Under the pieces are notes generated by a model. The model was not told where the DNA came from. It did no database searches and saw only the letters and a program-made list of their open reading frames with translations. Of a DNA stretch of 64,000 bases, positions 57,652 through 64,000 are shown in pieces. Position numbers and translations under genes: made by a program. Position 1 is the stretch's first letter; each line of letters opens with the position of its first letter. The stretch lies in sequence record OP589283.1; one strand, 5' to 3'.

Positions 57652-57841
57652 TGTAGGTGATGAAGCTGTTGTACCAGCAGGTACTCATGTTTATGCTAAT
57701 CCGGGAGCTGCAAGAAAAAGAGCCTTAAAAAGGTTAGGGCCAAACACTGCAATTTATGCATGTGAAAACATTCACGTTTACCGTTGGCATGGTAATCTGT
57801 TAACCAACAAAACAATTGCTTTTAGTAAGGTCAGTTCTTAA
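57629..57841 (+). CDS. small hypothetical protein
   Basis: 70 aa, AAGGA RBS, terminator follows. Confidence 0.6.
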   Translation: MPYVLMDDVGDEAVVPAGTHVYANPGAARKRALKRLGPNTAIYACENIHVYRWHGNLLTNKTIAFSKVSS

Positions 57842-57848
57842 TAAACCC

Positions 57849-57882
57849 AATTCCTCTTTTAGAGTTATCTAAAGGAGGAATT
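57849..57882 (+). terminator. intrinsic terminator
   Basis: AATTCCTCTTTTAGA / TCTAAAGGAGGAATT. Confidence 0.7.
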
Positions 57883-58155
57883 ATGTGTCTTATTTTTCTT
57901 AGGTAAAATCTATGAATGTTAATCACCACTATTTAAACGTAAACAAAAGAGAAATGTATATTCACAACATTTAAAGAAGAGTATTGGGGTAGACATAAAC
58001 CTCATAAATTAAGTTCTTAAGTAAATAAAGTTTTATTTTACCACGCAAGATAATTATATACATCTTGTTCTACGCAAACATGCTCTTCTCTAACTCTTTC
58101 TTTCATAGATTTTTCCATAAATTGGTAGTTCTTTTTATGGTGGTCTATGGGGGTT

Positions 58156-58189
58156 TGGGGGCAAGAAGTCCATGGGGGCAAGATGTCCA
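58156..58189. repeat. 17-bp tandem repeat inside a four-G-tract island
   Basis: TGGGGGCAAGAAGTCCA TGGGGGCAAGATGTCCA (1 mismatch); G-runs at 58149, 58157, 58174, 58193. Confidence 0.85.
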
Positions 58190-58480
58190 GTTGGGGCCCC
58201 CGGCCGAACTTTACTAAGTTATTAGAGATTTGATGTATATACTCTGTAACCCTTGATATGACTGAGTTTTATAAGATCAAAATTAAATAAGAAATAATGA
58301 ATATTTAGTTTATTTATTATTACAAAGTATATTAAAAGAGAGTTTACTTAACTATAGCCTGAAGAAAGAATTATTATTCATTAGAATGTATCTGATGGAT
58401 CATAATCACCTAAATTAGTGTAATTGAGAAAATAGATTACATTAATAAGCACTATTACCAAAATAGAAGGATTAACTATC

Positions 58481-59437
58481 ATGTCAAATGACCATTTATC
58501 AGATCTTTTATCTTCGATGAATAAAGAATGTAATTATTTAGACAAGACTTTTGAAAACATAAATGAGACTTTATCTACATCTATGAACAAGGTGGATGGT
58601 CTACTAGAGGAACTCGATAAAACAAAAATAGATTTAAGAGACACCCTTATAGAAAAGCAATTCACTGATTTAAACGATATTGCTAAGAAAGTAGAAAATG
58701 ATTTAATCGATAAATTAGATTTTGATTTTGGGTCAGAATTGGAAGAATTAGAAGAGGAGATGCGAGAGTTAAATCAAACAGTTGATTGGATTCCTCTTAA
58801 AAAGAAAACCACCCCTAATGTTAAACTGTCGAAACTAAGTTCGGTGTTTACACAAGAATCATTGATAGGAAAAGAAGTTTATAATCCCCTTAAACCTGAT
58901 TTAGCCTTACCCGTTAAACCTATTCCTCCTATAGTGGGATTAGGGATAACGTGGGTGTGGATTAAATACCGTTGGAATACGTTATTAGGCAGAGATATTA
59001 AAGCCAAATCCCTTTACGACGTTTACGTTAATTACCAGAATAATAAAGCGGATGTAATAAACCGATACGTAACCATTAAGCGTAGTAAGTTAGGCAACCA
59101 GTACGGATTAAGTCCATTAAGTACTATTAGTGCAAAATGGTTTATTTCTGATTATTGGAGCTTTATGCCGTTTAAACCAGTATTGGACCATTTTATCTGG
59201 AAGGCCATCAATAGTAATGACTTTAGTCATCCACTGTTGGCTGGGTTATTCGATAAAAGACATTCAACCAAAGAACGCACTGCGTGTTTTAACATGGTAG
59301 TGAATTATTGGGATGACATTTCTGAATCACATCAGTACAGCATCATCAATAAGGTTAATGAGAATAGAAGAACTGCTTCAGCAGAAACCAAACAAGAAAT
59401 TGAAGACCTTTTAGAAATTCTAAAGGTAGTATATTAA
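58481..59437 (+). CDS. hypothetical protein with acidic coiled-coil N-terminus
   Basis: 318 aa, AAGGA RBS. Confidence 0.7.
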   Translation: MSNDHLSDLLSSMNKECNYLDKTFENINETLSTSMNKVDGLLEELDKTKIDLRDTLIEKQFTDLNDIAKKVENDLIDKLDFDFGSELEELEEEMRELNQTVDWIPLKKKTTPNVKLSKLSSVFTQESLIGKEVYNPLKPDLALPVKPIPPIVGLGITWVWIKYRWNTLLGRDIKAKSLYDVYVNYQNNKADVINRYVTIKRSKLGNQYGLSPLSTISAKWFISDYWSFMPFKPVLDHFIWKAINSNDFSHPLLAGLFDKRHSTKERTACFNMVVNYWDDISESHQYSIINKVNENRRTASAETKQEIEDLLEILKVVY

Positions 59438-59509
59438 GTTAATCTCTTTACCCCTTTGGAGGCTTCTCCTTAGGGGTAAGGGGGTTATAACGGTTAATAG
59501 GGAGTTATT

Positions 59510-60073
59510 ATGCAGATTAATAAGTTAAGCGCTCATTTAGCATTAATTGCAGGAATGAGTGTTTCTGGTGCGTTTGATGATTTAGGTTGTTTAGCAGGTA
59601 ATCGAAAACAACAGGACTTTACTGTTCACCCACACCAACACTTAAACCAAACCACGATGTCGAAAATAGGGTTGAGTGAAGAACAAAAGGCACTGTTTGA
59701 TAACCCAAACCCTTTCCAGTTACATTCGTTAAAAATGATTAGAAATGGAATGGTTATTGATGTTAATAATGAACAACCTAATCAGTTCGTAATTTATTAC
59801 ATCAAAGACTTAACAGATGACATCCTTAAGTTCAAAACATCGGTATATCGCTTTAAAGGTGAACCTGACGTTGTGTTTTATAAACGACTGATGATGTACA
59901 TTTACATGACCAGTGGTAAAGGACTAAAGGACTTATTATTAAGAGAATGCTTTAGTGTGACGTCAGCACCAGCCGGACTATCTGCTATCTTAGAAAAAAT
60001 GGATAGTGGGTTAAAGGGTGCCTTTGTTAAAATGGCTGAAGTGCTAATTACTGTTAAAAACTACAAGGGGTAG
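59510..60073 (+). CDS. hypothetical protein, paralog family B
   Basis: shared C-terminal segment FKG...YKRLMMYIY. Confidence 0.65.
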   Translation: MQINKLSAHLALIAGMSVSGAFDDLGCLAGNRKQQDFTVHPHQHLNQTTMSKIGLSEEQKALFDNPNPFQLHSLKMIRNGMVIDVNNEQPNQFVIYYIKDLTDDILKFKTSVYRFKGEPDVVFYKRLMMYIYMTSGKGLKDLLLRECFSVTSAPAGLSAILEKMDSGLKGAFVKMAEVLITVKNYKG

Positions 60074-60075
60074 TT

Positions 60076-60798
60076 ATGCGTGAATATTCTGAAAAAGTGA
60101 AGGCGATGGGTGTTCCTGATAGAGTAGGGATTATTGGTGGTGTGGGTTTAGTTTCCGCTACATCAGCCGCACGTGCTTTAATGGGTGGGATACATCAAAA
60201 AATGCCAGTGACGGTTACTTCGTCGCCAGAAACTCACATGCCTTATGACAAATGGCTAGAAAGTCAAGTGGGTAGCATAGACAAGTTAAACTTTAATGCC
60301 CGTAATTCTCGCCAATTCAAATTGCGCATTAATGGTGACAGTTATCCTAACAATGCGTATTATGAAGATGTGGTTCATTCAATCATTCGTGAAGGTGATT
60401 TAAGACGCATCAACAACGCTAAGGAAATTAACCCTTACGCTAAAAATCGTACGATAGTTTCTATCAAAATGATAGAATCATCCCCCCACATAACCCGTTA
60501 TCAGTTTTTAACGCTGGATGGGGGTTTCTTTAAGTTGTTGAATGAAACAAAGGGATTTAAATTCACCGGTACGTCAAAAGATGTTATCTGTAAACAGATC
60601 ATTATGTGGATGTACATGAAGGGGCATAAATACTTTAAAGCAATGGTGCTCGGAATACCTTTATTAGGTGAAAATGTTACTCGTGAAAACTTCACTAAGG
60701 TACTTAAAGAATATTCCGACGACTGTGAGTCGTTATTGGAAATGGTAATCCAAGAACGACTAATGGATTTTGATAACGATAACTTGAACTGGGGATAA
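60076..60798 (+). CDS. hypothetical protein, paralog family B
   Basis: FKFTG...CKQIIMWMY. Confidence 0.65.
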   Translation: MREYSEKVKAMGVPDRVGIIGGVGLVSATSAARALMGGIHQKMPVTVTSSPETHMPYDKWLESQVGSIDKLNFNARNSRQFKLRINGDSYPNNAYYEDVVHSIIREGDLRRINNAKEINPYAKNRTIVSIKMIESSPHITRYQFLTLDGGFFKLLNETKGFKFTGTSKDVICKQIIMWMYMKGHKYFKAMVLGIPLLGENVTRENFTKVLKEYSDDCESLLEMVIQERLMDFDNDNLNWG

Positions 60799-60803
60799 CA
60801 CAA

Positions 60804-61364
60804 ATGTTCAGTCAGTTATTTAAAGCCATAGGAGAATTATTTAGTTTTTCTTTTATGCTACCTACTCCACCTGAGAACAGTAAAGAAAATACCTCTTATC
60901 GTTCTTACAACCAAAACAACATTTCTGGGTTATTTATTTCCAGTCGGCTGGTTAAATTCGTTTTATCTGATTTATCCACCAGTTGTGTTGAAAAATTAAG
61001 TTCAGGTAATTTATTAGCCATTAATAAAGACCCTGAAATTAAACGACTGGTTAGAGACTACTGCATTATTGATTTAAAGCCCTTAGAAAGCATCAGTTCG
61101 CTTAGTACTTGTTTTAAGGTAATTACCTTACCCGTTAAAACTTCGTTCGTTAGAAACGCTTCTAGGGGGTTTAAACACCTAGGTGAAAAAGAAGAACGGT
61201 TTAAGAAAGAGATTATTATTTATCTCTATTCAAAAAGCACTCTTCAGCTTAAAAACAAGATGGCGGAAATGTGTTCGGTGGAACGAAGAATGTTTTCAAC
61301 GTACATCAGCAATTACAATGGAAACGTTTCTGTGTTATTAACCAAAATGATTAGTCTCTGCTAA
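60804..61364 (+). CDS. hypothetical protein, paralog family B
   Basis: FKHLG...FKKEIIIYLY. Confidence 0.65.
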   Translation: MFSQLFKAIGELFSFSFMLPTPPENSKENTSYRSYNQNNISGLFISSRLVKFVLSDLSTSCVEKLSSGNLLAINKDPEIKRLVRDYCIIDLKPLESISSLSTCFKVITLPVKTSFVRNASRGFKHLGEKEERFKKEIIIYLYSKSTLQLKNKMAEMCSVERRMFSTYISNYNGNVSVLLTKMISLC

Positions 61365-61376
61365 TCAACTTTAACT

Positions 61377-61420
61377 CTATATCACTTAATTGAACGTAAG
61401 CAACCCTTACGTTCAATTAA
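61377..61420 (+). promoter_or_regulatory. early promoter variant CTATATCAC plus 15-bp leader hairpin
   Basis: TTAATTGAACGTAAG / CTTACGTTCAATTAA directly after the core. Confidence 0.6.
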
Positions 61421-61492
61421 ACTACCGTGTTTATTTATATAGCTTATGACCCTACTTAATAGTGGTCTATTTTTTTGTTAATAGGGTTTATC

Positions 61493-61924
61493 ATGGATAC
61501 TAACGAACTACTTGAAAAATCATTCTCTGTTGTTATGGATTTTTCACCGATTTGTCAAGATGTTGACAATGTTGCGATGTATGCTTTTTTAAGTAGCTTG
61601 GAAGACACGATTATGGGGTACTCTCTTTCAGAATTAATCATGGAGGAGTATTCTGCCGATAATTTATTGACAATTATAACTGATTTTAATTCGGGTGAAT
61701 TAATTCACATGTATCACCAAGACATGATGAATAAACAAACAAATGAAACAGATTATAAATTCCAATTGCTTTCCCAAGTAAAAAAGATAGTCGATTATTT
61801 TAACCAAGAACATTTAAGCAAATTTTCTTTGATTGAAGATACTTACAACATCAGAGACATCTCAACAAACTGGTACGGAAACACTATTATCGTACTACTC
61901 ACTGGAGAAAGATATCGTGATTAA
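61493..61924 (+). CDS. small acidic protein, family C
   Basis: ATG 61493; ends STNWYGNTIIVLL. Confidence 0.65.
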   Translation: MDTNELLEKSFSVVMDFSPICQDVDNVAMYAFLSSLEDTIMGYSLSELIMEEYSADNLLTIITDFNSGELIHMYHQDMMNKQTNETDYKFQLLSQVKKIVDYFNQEHLSKFSLIEDTYNIRDISTNWYGNTIIVLLTGERYRD

Positions 61925-62306
61925 ACAAAAATCTAGTGTAATAAATTTCACCGAAGTCTCCAAAAATGTGGGTGACTTTATTGCGGTCATGGCGTCAGAG
62001 TACGTTGCAGCAGAATTAGAAAGTGTGTTAAGTATAGGTGAGTATGGAAAGTTCCCCCATGATACTTTATCGTGGCTTTATGACACCTATGATTTCTCTG
62101 ACGAAATCTCTGACCCTCAATCGTTAGACGACATGTATCAAAGCACCGCAGACAGCTTAAGTGTGGCGGTATTTGAAATCCATGCGTCTTATGACTTCCA
62201 ACACACCAAAGACTTCCTATTACAAAACATCGCGTTATTAGAAGACGTAGAGTTTGATAATCGCGAAAACAGAATTGTAGTGAATATGGATATTCACGAG
62301 GAGTAA
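61917..62306 (+). CDS. small acidic protein, family C
   Basis: GTG 61917 with GGAG RBS. Confidence 0.6.
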   Translation: MIKQKSSVINFTEVSKNVGDFIAVMASEYVAAELESVLSIGEYGKFPHDTLSWLYDTYDFSDEISDPQSLDDMYQSTADSLSVAVFEIHASYDFQHTKDFLLQNIALLEDVEFDNRENRIVVNMDIHEE

Positions 62307-62308
62307 TT

Positions 62309-62758
62309 ATGAGTGCTACTTACGCCCACGTAATGCACGTGGGTCATTTACATGAAGAGATTGGTGAGGACTTTACTGCTTACACGTTAGATTACCTTAA
62401 AGAAAAGATTTACGAATCTTTTGTTGGTGCTCAAAACGGCTTGACCTTAAATGATTGGATTTACAATAACACAGACCTTGGAACGATTTTTCATGAATCT
62501 GCTGATTTGTGGGATGAAGAAAATGGTTCCGCTATTGACTATGATAGCGAAGAATACGCTATTTTGGTTAATGACTTTGTAGGTTCTATCGCTGATACCA
62601 TTACGGCGGGTATATTTGAAATTGAGAAAATGCCCGAATATCAATCATTAGTTAATCAGGTCAACACTGAACGAGAAAACATTATTGATATGCACTTCAA
62701 TGATGATACCCGAGGGTTTGTCACTATACTTACTTTGAAAAGGGGGCGACATGAGTAA
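62309..62758 (+). CDS. small acidic protein, family C
   Basis: 149 aa, GAGGAG RBS. Confidence 0.65.
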   Translation: MSATYAHVMHVGHLHEEIGEDFTAYTLDYLKEKIYESFVGAQNGLTLNDWIYNNTDLGTIFHESADLWDEENGSAIDYDSEEYAILVNDFVGSIADTITAGIFEIEKMPEYQSLVNQVNTERENIIDMHFNDDTRGFVTILTLKRGRHE

Positions 62759-63170
62759 AACAAAAGCATTCGTGCTAAATATAGATGATTTGTTCCAAAA
62801 AATCGGCCCCATTGTTTCAATCGCAGTTTGTGAAAAAATTAAGAGTAGCGTCGAGCACTGTATCGCCACTACTCCAAATGTGACAAACATTAAAGAGTTG
62901 GATGTGTTCTTTAACTCTTTATTTGATCATTTGAAAAACATAACTTCAAAAGATTTCATCGTTACTCATCGAGAATTAAGCGATCAAGAAAAGGTCGCTT
63001 TAAATAATCTTGAATTAAGACTTGCTAAAGCACTAAAGTGGTTTGCTAATAATGAAGACTTCACTTTACATCTATCAGCCTTAAAGTTGAATCATGAAGA
63101 TGAGTTTGAATCAGTTAATGTCGAATTCAATGAAAAAGTGATGACCTTTGTAATCACACTAAAAGATTAA
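62751..63170 (+). CDS. small hypothetical protein, family C-like
   Basis: 139 aa, GGGGG RBS. Confidence 0.65.
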   Translation: MSKTKAFVLNIDDLFQKIGPIVSIAVCEKIKSSVEHCIATTPNVTNIKELDVFFNSLFDHLKNITSKDFIVTHRELSDQEKVALNNLELRLAKALKWFANNEDFTLHLSALKLNHEDEFESVNVEFNEKVMTFVITLKD

Positions 63171-63231
63171 TCTAAACCAACCTACCCGTTAAAAGGTAGG
63201 TTAGTTAAAGAAATTTTTAAAGGAGTTATCC

Positions 63232-63720
63232 ATGATAACAGGTGTATTGAAAATTGATGGGGGGTTAGATGATGACCTCACCATTCCAATGACGGAATAC
63301 TTTTTTGCGTGGTTTGTTGTTGAAACCATTAAAAGTATAGTTAGTTCAAATGGTGACTATAACACATTAACTAACTATTACGACATTGGAGATCTTGAGT
63401 GTTCTTCTGTGACTTACATAGATGTGTTCGTTGAACAACTTATGGAAATGTACGCCGACTGCCATAAGCCAATAATTCTAAACATTGATGAAGAAATACC
63501 CTTCACAGTACTTAATCAAGTGTTAGGTGACTATCATTTCAACCTATTCAAAAGTTTGGTCAGTAATAACTCTTTTGAAGAGTTAGTAAACATCGCCAAT
63601 GAAGTGGGGTTAAATGGGGGTAAGTACAGTGCCACGATTAACACATACGGTAATACTTTTGTGTACCTGATTCAGGGGGATGCTGTAGCTAATAGTCTGA
63701 ACGCGTTACTCAATTCCTAA
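63232..63720 (+). CDS. small acidic protein, family C
   Basis: AAGGAG RBS; TINTYGNTFVYLI resembles the 61493 protein C-terminus. Confidence 0.65.
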   Translation: MITGVLKIDGGLDDDLTIPMTEYFFAWFVVETIKSIVSSNGDYNTLTNYYDIGDLECSSVTYIDVFVEQLMEMYADCHKPIILNIDEEIPFTVLNQVLGDYHFNLFKSLVSNNSFEELVNIANEVGLNGGKYSATINTYGNTFVYLIQGDAVANSLNALLNS

Positions 63721-63729
63721 TTAACTCTT

Positions 63730-63764
63730 ATAACTACCAATGTCGTGCGACATTGGTAGTTATA
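63730..63764 (+). terminator. intrinsic terminator
   Basis: TATAACTACCAATGTCG / CGACATTGGTAGTTATA. Confidence 0.75.
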
Positions 63765-63797
63765 ATTATTTTATTTAACTTTTGCTTTTATTTAGAC

Positions 63798-63806
63798 CTA
63801 TATTAC
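63798..63806 (+). promoter_or_regulatory. early promoter core CTATATTAC
   Basis: consensus match. Confidence 0.7.
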
Positions 63807-63841
63807 TAACTTGAGTAAACCAACTATTATTGAGGTGCATC

Positions 63842-64000
63842 ATGTACGTAGGTTATAAAAAATCAGTTAGTTTTGTATTCCAAAACAACTCTCGTAGCGA
63901 AATAGAAATGTTTAGCAGTTTGTTAAAACACTGCTTAAACAAAAAGTTGTCATTGTTAGAAGGAATTAAGAATCCACCTAACAGTGATGTCGATGAACCA
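63842..64000 (+). CDS. hypothetical protein, truncated by the window edge
   Basis: GAGG RBS, open frame MYVGYKKSVSF... to the end of the window. Confidence 0.6.
   Translation, partial: MYVGYKKSVSFVFQNNSRSEIEMFSSLLKHCLNKKLSLLEGIKNPPNSDVDEP

Noticed and set aside
57912-57974. 20-codon ORF MNVNHHYLNVNKREMYIHNI
   Set aside because: Weak RBS, very short, no supporting features
58244-58270. GTAACCCTTGATATGACTGAGTTT as an att or recombinase site
   Set aside because: Resembles sequences I associate with phage intergenic DNA, but there is no recombinase, tRNA or second copy in the window to support it
2564-62890. Numerous 60-150-aa antisense or nested ORFs in the track (e.g. 2564..3010, 7187..7420, 43386..43844)
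   Set aside because: Fully overlap longer, motif-bearing genes, have no RBS, and are expected shadow frames
1-64000. CRISPR array, tRNA, rRNA, integrase or transposase
   Set aside because: No regularly spaced repeat-spacer units, cloverleafs or recombinase motifs seen by eye; the hairpins are single terminators. tRNAscan would be needed to exclude atypical tRNAs

Overview
AT-rich segment of a phiKZ-like, nucleus-forming jumbo phage (Chimalliviridae-type). The assignment rests on recognisable motifs and gene order: virion/tail block (sheath, tube), thymidine-metabolism genes (tmk, HAD nucleotidase, thyA), PhuZ tubulin, family-B DNA polymerase, chimallin, four non-virion RNA polymerase subunits, an Mre11/SbcD nuclease, ChmC- and PicA/Imp1-position genes, an SF2 helicase, then accessory ORFs with several paralog families. 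Two selfish elements sit in catalytic motifs: a 395-nt ORF-less group I intron splitting the RNAP DFDG|D motif and a 359-aa Ala-start (class 3-type) LAGLIDADG intein in the helicase Walker A. The most unexplained feature is a ~0.55-kb, multi-domain, highly base-paired non-coding element right after thyA with its own promoter-like motif and terminator, which I cannot match to any RNA class I know. Also notable: a duplicated tmk / 44-bp promoter / glycine-zipper membrane protein module with a conserved APEFNQYA C-terminus, an unannotated 31-aa membrane peptide, a tandem HslV/proteasome-like pair, and two long origin-like intergenic regions. phiKZ gp-number equivalences come from synteny and recall, not from database searches.
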